Numbered from the stretch's first letter, positions 41,559-50,957 are shown. The stretch is DNA of 64,000 bases from Candidatus Dormiibacterota bacterium (GCA_963800175.1 CAWCZS010000002.1:2305695-2369694); one strand, 5' to 3'. Numbers and translations are program-made. The notes: a model not told the origin generated them from the sequence alone.

Positions 41559-42182
41559 TCAGCCTGGCGGAGGCGGCGGCGGGGTTGCCGCGGCAGACGG
41601 CGGCACAACCGGAGCAGCCGGCGTGAACGAGACCGTGGGAGCCTGGCGTTCGGCGTCCGCAACCTGGAAGAACGCGAACGGCTGGAAATGCATGATCTGC
41701 CCGTAGATGTTGGTGGGGAACGTCTGCAGCGCGGTGTTGAAATCGCGGACGTTGCCGTTGTAGAAGCGCCGCGAGAACTCCACCTTGTCCTCAGTCGTGG
41801 TCAGCTGTTCCTGGAGGTTGAGGAACAGCTCGGATGCCTTCAGCTGCGGGTAGTTCTCGGCAACGGCGAGCAGTTGCCGCGTGGATCCGGTCAGGGCGTC
41901 CTCGGCGCCGGCCATCGCGGAAGGGTCTCCCGTCTTCGATGCGGCGAGCGCGTTGGTCCGAGCTGCGGTCACCGCCTCGAACACGCCCCGCTCGTGCGCC
42001 GCGTAGCCCTGCACCGTGTTCACGAGGTTGGGGATGAGGTCGTAGCGCCGCTTCAGCTCGACATCGATGTCGGACCACGCTTCCTGGGTTCGCGTCCGCA
42101 GGCGGATGAGCCGGTTGAACCGGTACGCGACGTACAGGACGATGAGCACGATGATGATCAGCACGATCACGAGGACAGTCAT
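41559..42182 (-). CDS. lemA: LemA-family membrane protein
   Basis: N-terminal TM. RLIRLRTRTQEAWSDIDVELKRRYDLIPNLV..AVAENYPQLKASE..LQEQL..E..RRFYN is the classic LemA pattern. Confidence 0.9.
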   Translation of the reverse strand: MTVLVIVLIIIVLIVLYVAYRFNRLIRLRTRTQEAWSDIDVELKRRYDLIPNLVNTVQGYAAHERGVFEAVTAARTNALAASKTGDPSAMAGAEDALTGSTRQLLAVAENYPQLKASELFLNLQEQLTTTEDKVEFSRRFYNGNVRDFNTALQTFPTNIYGQIMHFQPFAFFQVADAERQAPTVSFTPAAPVVPPSAAATPPPPPPG

Positions 42183-42194
42183 GACTTCAGTGTC

Positions 42195-42701
42195 TCACTC
42201 CTCGCGCAACATCGCTTCGGGGACGCTCACCACGCGATACGGCATGTCGGTGATGTCGTAGTAGCGGATCGGCTTCTTGAGGCGTTTCGCGATGCCGATC
42301 TGCACCTTCACACCAAGCGACGGGTTGCCGAAGACCCACATCTGATCGCAGCGCACGATGAGGTTGTTGAATGCCTCGCGCACGACATCCTTCGGTACGG
42401 TGTGCACGAGGTAGTAGTCGAACAGCATGAAGGGAACGATCGGCACCTGACCCTCGTCGAGGACGAACTTGGTGATGTGCTGACGCCAGTAGAAATTGCG
42501 GTTGCTCAGCGCGCAGTAGATGAGCTGCTTCGGCCGGCGGAGCGCTCGCTCGGCCTGCTCCGCGGGGCTCGCTTTCGGCGTCGGCGCGAAGATGCGCTCG
42601 AGAATATCCTCGGCGTTCTTGACGGCCGGACCAGCGGGCGACGCGGCCTCGTCGCGAATCAGCGGTGTGCTCTCACGACGCCGAGTACCACGTTGGCGCA
42701 A
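42195..42701 (-). CDS. hypothetical protein (conserved-looking C-terminal domain)
   Basis: GGAGA SD before TTG 42701. GC3-rich. C-terminal 110 aa are non-repetitive (LIYCALSNRNFYWRQHITKFVLDEGQVPIVPF..MWVFGNPSLGV). No family recognised. Confidence 0.45.
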   Translation of the reverse strand: MRQRGTRRRESTPLIRDEAASPAGPAVKNAEDILERIFAPTPKASPAEQAERALRRPKQLIYCALSNRNFYWRQHITKFVLDEGQVPIVPFMLFDYYLVHTVPKDVVREAFNNLIVRCDQMWVFGNPSLGVKVQIGIAKRLKKPIRYYDITDMPYRVVSVPEAMLREE

Positions 42702-42788
42702 CCTTTCTCCCCGTCACAGCAAAAGCGTGCGAGTGCCGATGATAGCATCGAAAATCGCCGTCGAAAGCCGGGCCGAGACGCGCCGAGA

Positions 42789-43340
42789 TCAGTCGCTGGG
42801 ATCGGCCCAGTCGACCATCTCGTGCAATCGCACGAGTGCTTGATCCAGCAGGGCGATGCGAACGGGATCGTTGAGCCAGCGGCTCTGGCCCGACGGATGG
42901 GGCAGGGGAACGAGAATCGGGGTCGCGTCAGACGGCGACGAAATGCGCGCGCCGGACTCGGCGAACGCCGCGCCGATCACGTCGTCGAGACGCTGCCCAG
43001 GAAGGAATCGCTCGAGCGCCAGCGATCCGATCGGGATGATGACGCGCGGACGCAGGAGCGCGAGCACGCCGTCAAGCCACGGCGTGCAGAGTGCCACCTC
43101 CGCGGCACTCGGACGCCGGTCACCGGCACCGTCCGGCCGGCGTCCTGGAAAGCACGTCGTCATCGCCGTCATGTAGATGCGAGCTCGGACGTCGTCCTCG
43201 TCGGTGAAACCTGCGCGGATCAGCCAGCGCATCAACTGGCGTCCCGAGCGGCCGGCGAAGGGCCTGCTCTGGTCCTGCTCGACCGGCCCGGGAGCCTGCC
43301 CGACGAGCATGATGCGTTGCCCCGCGTGACCGCTGAACAC
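42789..43340 (-). CDS. uracil-DNA glycosylase superfamily protein (family 4/5-like); N-terminus extends upstream of the annotated GTG
   Basis: IMLVGQAPGPVEQDQSRPFAGRSG and PLPHPSG motifs. The in-frame upstream sequence (CTRCEERGYIDRAHPV) is also family-like but has no ATG/GTG/TTG. Confidence 0.78.
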   Translation of the reverse strand: MFSGHAGQRIMLVGQAPGPVEQDQSRPFAGRSGRQLMRWLIRAGFTDEDDVRARIYMTAMTTCFPGRRPDGAGDRRPSAAEVALCTPWLDGVLALLRPRVIIPIGSLALERFLPGQRLDDVIGAAFAESGARISSPSDATPILVPLPHPSGQSRWLNDPVRIALLDQALVRLHEMVDWADPSD

Positions 43341-43574
43341 CGGGTGCGCCCGATCGATGTAGCCGCGCTCCTCGCAGCGAGTGCACGCGCGCTGCGCACG
43401 CTGGAGCGACGGCAGCGAGCGCCACGCGGACAGTTCGTTCAGGCATGACCGAACCGACTCTGACTCGCCGAACTAGCGTCGCAGTTGCCCAGGCGATATC
43501 ATCTGTGCACCGCTCGTCCTCACCCCGTCACAGTTGAGCGGCCGTCGTGGTCAGCCGTCGTACTACGAGGCTCC

Positions 43575-43949
43575 ATGTCCGACGAGTCTTCTCGCTCCGC
43601 CCGGCCATATGGCCAGCGACGAAATGACGGCGCCCCCATCTGGTGGGCGGCGTTGGACCGAACAGACCTTCCGGATAATGAGGTCGAGCCGTCGGCGCAG
43701 CGACGCTGGTATGAGGAAGCCGAACCAGTGCATCCTCAGGCCCAGGAGGCCGGTCGCGCCCAGCCGGCGCCGGCGCACCGCCGAGGGTGGCTCCTCTGGT
43801 TCGTCGTGGCCCTGGGGGCCGCCTTGATCCTCGGCCTGGAGCGGCTCGCGGATCCGGACGACACCGTGTTGATCGTGACGCTCCTGATCTGCGTCCCCGT
43901 CGCACTCGCCGCCGGGGTCACGATCTTCATCGCTCGGCGGAGCAGCTGA
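43575..43949 (+). CDS. hypothetical membrane protein (2 C-terminal TM segments)
   Basis: From ATG 43575 in ORF 43485..43949: a charged N-half, then WLLWFVVALGAALILGL and LIVTLLICVPVALAAGVTIFI. Confidence 0.4.
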   Translation: MSDESSRSARPYGQRRNDGAPIWWAALDRTDLPDNEVEPSAQRRWYEEAEPVHPQAQEAGRAQPAPAHRRGWLLWFVVALGAALILGLERLADPDDTVLIVTLLICVPVALAAGVTIFIARRSS

Positions 43950-43977
43950 CCTCGCCGGTCCCCGGGCTGGAAACGTC

Positions 43978-44877
43978 GTGAGCGACGACCCGCCACGTCG
44001 AACGGATCGTTTTCGGCGACCGCGACGAGCGCACCTCGATCCGATCCCTGGGCTCGCGCTACCCGCCGGTGACGACGAGGCCGCGGCGCCGTCGCTGCGT
44101 GCGCGGTTCGAAGCTGCAATGGCCCCGGGTCCTGCGGACGGCGTGGCGCCGAAGGATGTCGAGGTCGCCCGCATGCTCGCCGAGGCGCCGATCGAGCGCA
44201 TCGCCGAAGTCGTGTACGGGAGCAACGGCGTGTTCCTGATCGAGCTCGATGCGCCGGATCCTTTGGTCCCGACCGAGCCGCTTCGCGCGGTGTACAAGCC
44301 CGTCCGTGGTGAGCGCCCACTCTGGGACTTCCCGCGCCGGACCTTGTATCTGCGCGAGGTGGCCGCATACACCGTCGATGCGGCGCTCGGCCTGCACCGG
44401 GTGCCGGTCACGGTGCTTCGCGACGGACCGCTCGGGCCCGGTTCGGTGCAGCGCTTCGTTCACGTCATCGATGAGCAGTTGACCCCCGAACGCGCGGCGA
44501 AACTCGAGACACCGCTTCGCGCCATCGCCGTGCTCGACGTGCTCATCAACAACGCCGACCGCAAGCGCTCCCACCTCCTGGTGGTGGACGGTCCGGACGT
44601 GCAGGCGATCGACAACGCCCTGAGCTTTCTCCCCTATCCGCGCCAGCGCACGGCGCTCATCGCGCTCGGCGGATCAGCGCTGCCGGCCAAGCTGGCCCGC
44701 CGCGTCCAGGATCTCGCCGGCGACAAAGCCCGGATGGACACGCTGCTGACGCGTCTCGGGCGCCTGCTCAACGCCTCCGAGGTTGACGCCTTCGGCCACC
44801 GCGTCGCCGAGCTGGCGGAGGATCCGACCTACCCGGTGCTCGACGACTGGGACGGCAGGCCGTTCGAGTGGTGGTGA
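43978..44877 (+). CDS. SCO1664-family protein (PI3/PI4-kinase-like fold)
   Basis: GSNGVFLIEL..AVYKPVRGERPLWDFP..LYLREVAAY..LDVLINNADRKRSHLL..AIDNALSF resembles the actinobacterial SCO1664/TIGR03843 family from memory. Confidence 0.7.
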   Translation: MSDDPPRRTDRFRRPRRAHLDPIPGLALPAGDDEAAAPSLRARFEAAMAPGPADGVAPKDVEVARMLAEAPIERIAEVVYGSNGVFLIELDAPDPLVPTEPLRAVYKPVRGERPLWDFPRRTLYLREVAAYTVDAALGLHRVPVTVLRDGPLGPGSVQRFVHVIDEQLTPERAAKLETPLRAIAVLDVLINNADRKRSHLLVVDGPDVQAIDNALSFLPYPRQRTALIALGGSALPAKLARRVQDLAGDKARMDTLLTRLGRLLNASEVDAFGHRVAELAEDPTYPVLDDWDGRPFEWW

Positions 44878-44924
44878 GGCGACCCGCCGGATCCGGCGGG
44901 CCGCCTTGAGGGGGGAATGGACGC

Positions 44925-45218
44925 CTACCCCGTCGTGCTGCTCGAGCCACCCATGTTCGGGCAGTTGGCCGAGGACGATGGCGTCTTGGTCGCCGGCGTG
45001 GTCGTCGACGGCGTCGCCGTGCTCGCCGTGAGCGTTGCGGCGCTGCTCGACGCCGTGGTGGTCGTGGCAGCGTGCGCGATTACGAAGCTGCCGACTCCCG
45101 TTCCGGCGAGCAGGCCGACCGAGAGCAGCGCCGTCGCCGCGATTTTGCGAAGCCCCGTGCGGCGCCTGGCCGGCTCTTCCGGGGGCGGGGGCGGTGGGAT
45201 GAGTTGGTCGCCGTCCAT
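44925..45218 (-). CDS. small exported Thr/Ser/Ala-rich protein
   Basis: Strong SD AAGGAGG 8 nt before ATG 45218. RRR-containing signal (ARRRTGLRKIAATALLSVGLLAGTGVGSFVIAHA). ~47-aa low-complexity mature part with a single Cys (SSANCPNMGG). Confidence 0.55.
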   Translation of the reverse strand: MDGDQLIPPPPPPEEPARRRTGLRKIAATALLSVGLLAGTGVGSFVIAHAATTTTASSSAATLTASTATPSTTTPATKTPSSSANCPNMGGSSSTTG

Positions 45219-45371
45219 GGTGTGTACCTCCTTGGTGGACTGACGTTTGACGTTGTTCAGCGTCGCGCCCACCCATCGGAACGCCGTGGGCGTGTCCTGG
45301 GAGATTGCTCAGAGTTATGAACGGGGCCCGCTTGGCTACCCTCACCACGTGCATTCGCCGCGGTCCCTTCG

Positions 45372-46572
45372 ATGAGCTTCCTGCTCAGCAACGCCGGCGA
45401 CGCCCTGCGCCTGGCGTCCGCGATGTTCTGGAGCGTGCTGTGGCCACTGGCGCTCGGCTTCCTGCTCTCCGCATGCGTCGAGACGTTCGTGTCCGGGCAG
45501 TCGATCTCGCGCTTGCTGGGGCGCGATGGCGTTCGCTCCGCCAGTCTCGCGACTGCATTCGGCGCGGCCTCGTCGTCGTGCTCGTACGCCGCCGTCGCGG
45601 TCGCCCGGACGCTGTTTCGCAAGGGTGCGACGCTGCCCAACGCGATCATCTTCGAGTTCGCCTCGACGAACCTCGTGTTCGAGCTCGGGCTCGCGCTGCT
45701 GATCCTGCTCGGCTGGCAGTTCGTGGCGGCGGAGTTCGTGGGCGGGCTCGTCATGGTGGTGCTGCTGGCGATCGTCTTCCGGTTGACGCTGTCGCCCCGG
45801 CTCACGGACTCCGCGAGGGCTCAGGCGGATCGCGGACTGCTCGGGAAGATGGAAGGCCACGGCGCGATGGACATGTCGGTGACCGACGGACCGCTGCTCG
45901 CTCGCCTCACCTCACCCCGCGCGCTCACGGCAGTGAGCCACTCCTTCTTCATGAACGTGTATGGACTCTGGTGGGACCTGCTCCTCGGCTTCCTCATCGC
46001 CGGCGCCATCGGCGCCTGGGTGCCGGAAACGCGTATGGGCGCATCTCTTTGTCAGCGGGCATGGTTTCCTGCCGGCGCTCTCGAGCGCGCTGATCGGTCC
46101 GCTCGTCGCGCTCCTGAGCTACGTGTGCTCCGTGGGCAACGTGCCGCTCGCCGCGGTGCTCTGGCACAACGGCATCGGATTCGGTGGCGCCATCGCGTTC
46201 GTGTTCGGCGACCTCATCATCATTCCGATCCTCAACATCTATCGGAAGTACTACGGCGGGCGCGTCGCCCTGTATCTCTTCGTGGTCTCGTACCTGACGA
46301 TGGCCGCGGCCGGGCTCCTCGTGGGCGCGGTCTTCTCGGCGCTCAACTGGGTGCCCGTCAGTCGCAACGTCGCGGCGTTCGGGACGACCATCTCATGGGA
46401 TGCGACGACGTTCTGCAATATCGCGGCGCTGGCGGTGATCGCCTTGCTGTTGTTGCGTTTCCTGCGCACCGGCGGGATCGCGATGCTGCGCATGATGGAG
46501 ATGCCCGCGGAGCACGTGGAGCATCACCATCACGGCTCGAGTGTTCCCCACGAGCCGGTTGCGGGCTCCTGA
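45372..46572 (+). pseudogene. DUF318/ArsP-type permease with His-rich tail, frame break ~46030
   Basis: AFGAASSSCSYAAVAV motif in ORF 45372. Second half (LLSYVCSVGNVPLAAVLW) in ORF 45961..46572. Tail AEHVEHHHHGSSVPHE. Confidence 0.75.
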
Positions 46573-46913
46573 GGACCGTCACTGCCGGCAAGCGCCATCA
46601 GTGAGCGCGGCGGCCTTTCGCCGATGACCGCGTACAGGGTCACGAGGCGTTGCGCAGCAGCCGTGCGCTCGGACGGGGATGCGGTCAGACCACCGTGTGA
46701 CTGCACGAGCCGCTCGGCGGCCGCCCGCACGGCGTTGCGATTGAGCCGGCCCCCCAGGTGCTCCGGCTCGTAGACCGGCAGCTTGCAACGCGACTTGATC
46801 TTCGGGCGGCCGGAAGTGTTGTCGTCGATGAGGCAGGCACTGCAGTATTCGGCCGCCGAGCCGTAGCTCGCCTTGCTGATCTCCGACCATGGGCGGTCGC
46901 TGACGTCGGTCAT
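46530..46913 (-). CDS. hypothetical protein
   Basis: 127-aa ORF, GC3-rich and non-repetitive (RPWSEISKASYGSAAEYCSACLIDD..KLPVYEP..NAVRAAAERL). Its 3' end overlaps the permease 3' end, so the stop/frame is uncertain. Confidence 0.4.
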   Translation of the reverse strand: MTDVSDRPWSEISKASYGSAAEYCSACLIDDNTSGRPKIKSRCKLPVYEPEHLGGRLNRNAVRAAAERLVQSHGGLTASPSERTAAAQRLVTLYAVIGERPPRSLMALAGSDGPQEPATGSWGTLEP

Positions 46914-47040
46914 GTGCGAGCCGGCGAGGGGTCACGACGCGAGCCGGGATACTCCATCAGCAGTAGTCTCGGACCGCGACGCGCCCCCATCGCGGACGAC
47001 CATCTGGGCCATTCTCACTGCCCGGCTGCCACCTGGCGCC

Positions 47041-47442
47041 TCAGGCTGGAATCGGCGCCGGGATGACGCCGAGTTGGACCATGAGCGAGTAGGTGTTGAG
47101 ACCGCCCCAGCGCTCGGTCGCCCGATCGCCAACGAATCGCACGATATCCACCGCCGACACCTTCACCTTCCTGCCGGTCGGAGGCATCCCCATCAGGTCG
47201 CCCGTGTGGGTTCCGGTCACGGTGGTCCGAGTATTGATCCGATCGCCCGCCTCGACGCAGTCGTCGACCGTAATGCGCAGGTCGGGAAAGCCCCGTCGGA
47301 ACGCCGCAATCTGCTGCTTCAGCGGCTCCGCGCCCGTGTAACCCTCCTCGTGGTCGACGTAATCCGCCGCGAAGATCCCGTCGAAGTCCTCCAGATGACC
47401 CTCGTTCATGGCCCGATAGAGCCGCTCGATCTGCTCGCGCAT
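47041..47442 (-). CDS. SnoaL-like ester cyclase / NTF2-fold protein
   Basis: YRAMNEGHLEDFDGIFAADYVDHE..AAFRRGFPDLRITVDD..TGTHTGDLMGMPPTGRKVKVSAVDIVRF..ERWG is the typical ester-cyclase pattern. Confidence 0.75.
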   Translation of the reverse strand: MREQIERLYRAMNEGHLEDFDGIFAADYVDHEEGYTGAEPLKQQIAAFRRGFPDLRITVDDCVEAGDRINTRTTVTGTHTGDLMGMPPTGRKVKVSAVDIVRFVGDRATERWGGLNTYSLMVQLGVIPAPIPA

Positions 47443-47462
47443 CGCCGTGTCCCTTTCCCACC

Positions 47463-47786
47463 AAGCGTGACCTGTTCGGTGCGCTTGCGGCGCTGCAGTT
47501 CACCCGCGTCACCGAGGGCGTCAGCCCGCAGTCGATCGATGAACTCGCCGACGCCATCGGGACGGTCTACAAGCGCGCAGAGGAGATGGAACCTGTCGTC
47601 CGATGGACCCTGGCCGCGCCCGACCCCGAGAGGGTGCCGAGACCCAATGTGGAAGCGCGGCTGGCGATGCTTCGCGCAGCGCTGGGCCCTGCCGGGGCGG
47701 ATCTGCCGGCGGAGGACAAGGACCATCTGCTTCGGGCAGCGCTCCTGCTCACGTCGCCGATGACGTGGCTCTACTGGCGAGACTAA
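47463..47786 (+). pseudogene. possible gene remnant (C-terminal fragment, no usable start)
   Basis: The frame is open from ~47463 (KRDLFGALAALQFTRVTEGVSPQSIDELADAIG..DHLLRAALLLTSPMTWLYWRD). It abuts the divergent SnoaL start. Only CTG codons or a late ATG (47586) are available. Confidence 0.25.
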
Positions 47787-47882
47787 CTCGGGCTCAGCCC
47801 GGATGATGCGGCGGTCAGCGCCGCCTGGGCTTTGCGGCGCATCGCCAGCAGGTGACTGGAAGTGTCCGAGTAGCGACACGAG

Positions 47883-47958
<76 letters not shown>

Positions 47959-47998
47959 CCGTCGCGGCTCGCCGGGACAACCGTGGCCAGTATACGGC

Positions 47999-48307
47999 TC
48001 AGTCCGGATCGTCCTCGGCAGCGAACATCAGGCTGTCCTGGACCTCGTAGAGCGCGTCCATCCATTCCGAGATCATCAATTCCTGCGGTGCCCGACCCAC
48101 GAGATGGGTGTCGTTGCTGACAAGCGCGACTGCCCGCCCCACAAGCTCGTAGGGCACCTCCACCTCGTCCGCGAGGTTGAGCTTCTCGAACTGATCGATC
48201 AGCTCGTCGATGTAACGGATCTTCTGCCGGCGCGCGTTGCGTGCCTCGCGAAGCGAAGTCCAGCGAGCTTCAAGCTCGCCGATCTCCACGCAAGTCTCCT
48301 GAATCAT
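47999..48307 (-). CDS. hypothetical acidic protein
   Basis: ATG 48307 is preceded by GAGGGTGG. 102 aa, helical-looking (IGELEARWTSLREARNARRQKIRYIDELIDQFEKL). No family recognised. Confidence 0.45.
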   Translation of the reverse strand: MIQETCVEIGELEARWTSLREARNARRQKIRYIDELIDQFEKLNLADEVEVPYELVGRAVALVSNDTHLVGRAPQELMISEWMDALYEVQDSLMFAAEDDPD

Positions 48308-48354
48308 TGGATCACCACCCTCGCAACCTCTACCCCTGTAATAACTTCCATCGT

Positions 48355-49126
48355 ATGTCGCAGGATCGTTACGGTCAACAAGCACGTTTTCCGGGCTTCC
48401 GGCTGATGCGGGTGGCCAGGACCGCCAGCACCCAGGAGGTCGTGCTCCGAGCCGCCCGCGAGGGCGCCGGCGAAGGATTCGCGTGCCTCGCGGCTGAGCA
48501 AACTGCCGGACGCGGGCGCCAGGGACGCGCCTGGGTCGCGCCCGCCGGCTCGGCGGTGCTGGCGTCCGTGCTGCTGCGCCGCTCCCCCACAGTCGCGGCG
48601 GGCATTCCGTTCGCCGCGGGGCTGGCGCTCGTCGACATCCTCGCGTCCGACTACGGCGTCACGGCCGGGCTGAAGTGGCCCAACGACGTGCTGATTGGCA
48701 CTCGCAAGCTGGCGGGGATCCTGTGCGAGGTGGAGCCGGTGACGTCCACCGCCGACCTCGTCGCCGTCGCGCTCGGCATCGGCGTGAACCTCACGGTCAC
48801 CAGCTTTCCCGCTGACATCGTGGCCGTGAGCCTGCATGCGCTGGTTCCGACCCCGCCCGACGCCGAGTCACTCCTCGCCGGCGTGGGGACGCGCACTGGC
48901 TGTCCGCATCGAAGACCTGGAACGGGGCGGCATCGCGGCGCTGCTGGGAGACTGGCGCCGTTGCGCGGTGGGGCTCGGCGGGCACGTCACCGTGCAGACG
49001 ACCGGAGAAACAATCCACGGCATCGCAGTCGACGTCGGCAACGACGGCGCGTTGCTTGTCGAAACCTCAGGCCAGGTACGCCACTTCCTGGCTGCCGACG
49101 TGCACCTCGGCACCGATCCAAACTGA
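48355..49126 (+). pseudogene. birA: biotin-[acetyl-CoA-carboxylase] ligase, frame break ~48880
   Basis: AEQTAGRGRQGRAW (GRGRxGR) and LKWPNDVLIGTRKLAGIL in ORF 48241. The C-terminal SH3-like part (WGRALAVRIEDL..GIAVDVGNDGALLVE) is in ORF 48836..49126. Confidence 0.85.
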
Positions 49127-49176
49127 TCATCGCCGCAACGACGCGCACTCCAGCCTTGGAAGCCGGGAGGCGGTCG

Positions 49177-49672
49177 CTACGTCGCGGGAGAAGGGGTTGC
49201 CGACGCTGAGGGCGAGGCGCCCGCGGCGGCGGTCGCCGGCGCGGCCGATCCGGTGACGTGGATCACGCCCTTCATGTTCGGCGCATGGATGGTGCAGAGA
49301 TAGTTGTACGTCCCGGGCTGCGTGAACTTCACTTCCCAGGTCGCGCCCGGCGCGAGTGTCGGGTCGCTCAAGCACGAGTCGTTGTTGTCCTGGAAGGTGA
49401 CCGTGTGCACGACGGAGCCGGTGTTCTGGAACTCGACCACCTGGCCGACCACGGCGGGCGACGAGTCCGGGCACGAACACGAGGTTGTCAGTCGCGGCAA
49501 TCATCACAGGACTGCCCGTCCCGGTCATGGTCACGGCGGCCGACCCATTGCACGGCTGCGTTCCTCCGCCACCCGTGCTGGACCCCGGAGTCCCGTTGCC
49601 GCACGCGAACAACCCGATGGCGACACACACTCCGAGCCCGGCGGCGAGAGTGCGGAGATGAGTGAGTCGCAT
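49177..49672 (-). pseudogene. lipoprotein cupredoxin (plastocyanin/azurin-like type-1 copper protein), frame break ~49469
   Basis: Lipobox LFAC in ORF 49127..49738. Cupredoxin domain in ORF 49177..49500 with ligand pattern VVHTVTF ... YLCTIHAPNM (His, Cys, His, Met). Confidence 0.8.
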
Positions 49673-49718
49673 GTTCACCGGCATGTTAAAGGATGGGTCT
49701 CCCGGTGCGACTTGGTGT

Positions 49719-50660
49719 TCAGCGGAGCGCCTCCGCAATGCGATCCGCGGCGAGTTCCTCGTCCTTTCCGGGGTCAGAGAAGAGGCGCATGAAGACGACG
49801 ATGATCGCGATGAAGTACACGATGTTGCCGACGCCGAGCATGATCACGCCGCCGTATTGCTGGTCGGTGAGCGCCGAGATGCCCCAGAGGCGCGGCGCCT
49901 GCTCGTAGAAGCTGTAGAGCGGGGCCGGAGCCAGGGCGAAGATGATCCCGAGGACCGTTGGCGGGATCCCGGCGATGCTCAGCGCGGCGATCTTCGTGAG
50001 CGGGCTCACGGTGACCGTCCGGGCATCGCGTATCGGGTCAACGACCGGCCACCAGACGATGATCCCCACGCCGATGAAGCTGAGGTGTTCGACGATGTGC
50101 ACCGGTACCACTCGGAGCGTCGTGTCGTACAGCGAGGGGATGTGCCAGAGCAGCAGCACGGCGTTGAAGATGATCACGGCGGGCCACGGACGCGTGATCG
50201 CCCACCACACGGTCCGGATGGTGGTGTGCCGATCGCGCGGCGACGGCCGGGCTCCCGCGATCCCGAGGAGGATCAGCGGCGGCGCGACCATCATCAGCAG
50301 CATGTGCTGGACCATGTGCGCCGAGAACAGGTAGTAGTCGCCCGCGTAGTCGATCGGTGATTCCAGCGCGATGAAGGTGATCAGCAGGCCGGTGAAGAAG
50401 AACACCGGCCGCCAACGCTGATGGCGGAACCATGGCGTGACGTCGTCGTCCGGCCCGATGGTGCCGCGACGGATCGCGATGATATACGCGGCCGCCACCG
50501 CGACCAGACCGCAGATGACGGTGGGATCCCACGTCCAGTCGCCGAACCCCAGGTGTGCCGTCAGTGGCCTCCGTCCTCCGGGAGCTCCAGGTACTCGGCC
50601 CTCGCGCCGCGCGCCCAGAAGACGCACGTCACGATGAGATAGATCAGGCCGACCCCCCAC
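49719..50660 (-). CDS. ctaG: cytochrome c oxidase assembly factor CtaG (caa3-type, membrane)
   Basis: FSAHMVQHMLLMMVAPPLILLG, WHIPSLYD, HIVEHLSF motifs. GTG 50660 would overlap the upstream gene by 100 nt. The real start is probably near 50560 (only CTG available). Confidence 0.82.
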   Translation of the reverse strand: MGGRPDLSHRDVRLLGARREGRVPGAPGGRRPLTAHLGFGDWTWDPTVICGLVAVAAAYIIAIRRGTIGPDDDVTPWFRHQRWRPVFFFTGLLITFIALESPIDYAGDYYLFSAHMVQHMLLMMVAPPLILLGIAGARPSPRDRHTTIRTVWWAITRPWPAVIIFNAVLLLWHIPSLYDTTLRVVPVHIVEHLSFIGVGIIVWWPVVDPIRDARTVTVSPLTKIAALSIAGIPPTVLGIIFALAPAPLYSFYEQAPRLWGISALTDQQYGGVIMLGVGNIVYFIAIIVVFMRLFSDPGKDEELAADRIAEALR

Positions 50661-50827
50661 ATCAGCGGTCCGACGTCCGCCCGGATGTCCGTGAGGAAAC
50701 CCGTCAGCGTGATGGCGAGCGCGAGCGCGAGGTTGATCGGCACCGCGCTCGGCGGCGGCAGGTGCGGGTGCTCGTGCGCGGGCTCGTCCGTATCGTGGGT
50801 CGCGGTTGCGACCGTGTCATCGCTCAC
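50561..50827 (-). CDS. small 2-TM membrane protein in the cta cluster
   Basis: 88 aa. His/acidic N-terminus, then INLALALAITLTGFL and MWGVGLIYLIVTCVFW. Co-directional between ctaB and ctaG. Confidence 0.5.
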   Translation of the reverse strand: MSDDTVATATHDTDEPAHEHPHLPPPSAVPINLALALAITLTGFLTDIRADVGPLMWGVGLIYLIVTCVFWARGARAEYLELPEDGGH

Positions 50828-50837
50828 AGCTGCGTCC

Positions 50838-50957
50838 TCATTTGGTCACCGCCAGGAAGATGGCGGCCCAGACAAAGGCAGCACCCATGAGGATCAGCAA
50901 CATGATGAACATGGCGACGCCCATTCGCATGTTCTTTCGGGCGAGCTTCCGGTTCAC
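50838..50957 (-). CDS. 39-aa single-TM micro-ORF (not in ORF track)
   Basis: GAGGAGGA 6 nt before GTG 50957. VNRKLARKNMRMGVAMFIMLLILMGAAFVWAAIFLAVTK. Fills the gap between ctaB and the 88-aa gene. Confidence 0.4.
   Translation of the reverse strand: MNRKLARKNMRMGVAMFIMLLILMGAAFVWAAIFLAVTK

Noticed and set aside
41475-43448. 657-aa plus-strand ORF spanning the lemA / hypothetical / UDG region.
   Set aside because: It is antisense to three genes with clear family motifs or SDs. Its composition is R/G/A/D-rich with no recognisable domain. It is a GC-driven shadow ORF.
44925-45218. The Ser/Thr/Cys-containing exported peptide as a lanthipeptide or thiopeptide (RiPP) precursor.
   Set aside because: It has a hydrophobic secretion signal rather than a RiPP leader, and only one Cys. 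No dehydratase, cyclase or YcaO, and no protease/ABC exporter gene, is nearby.
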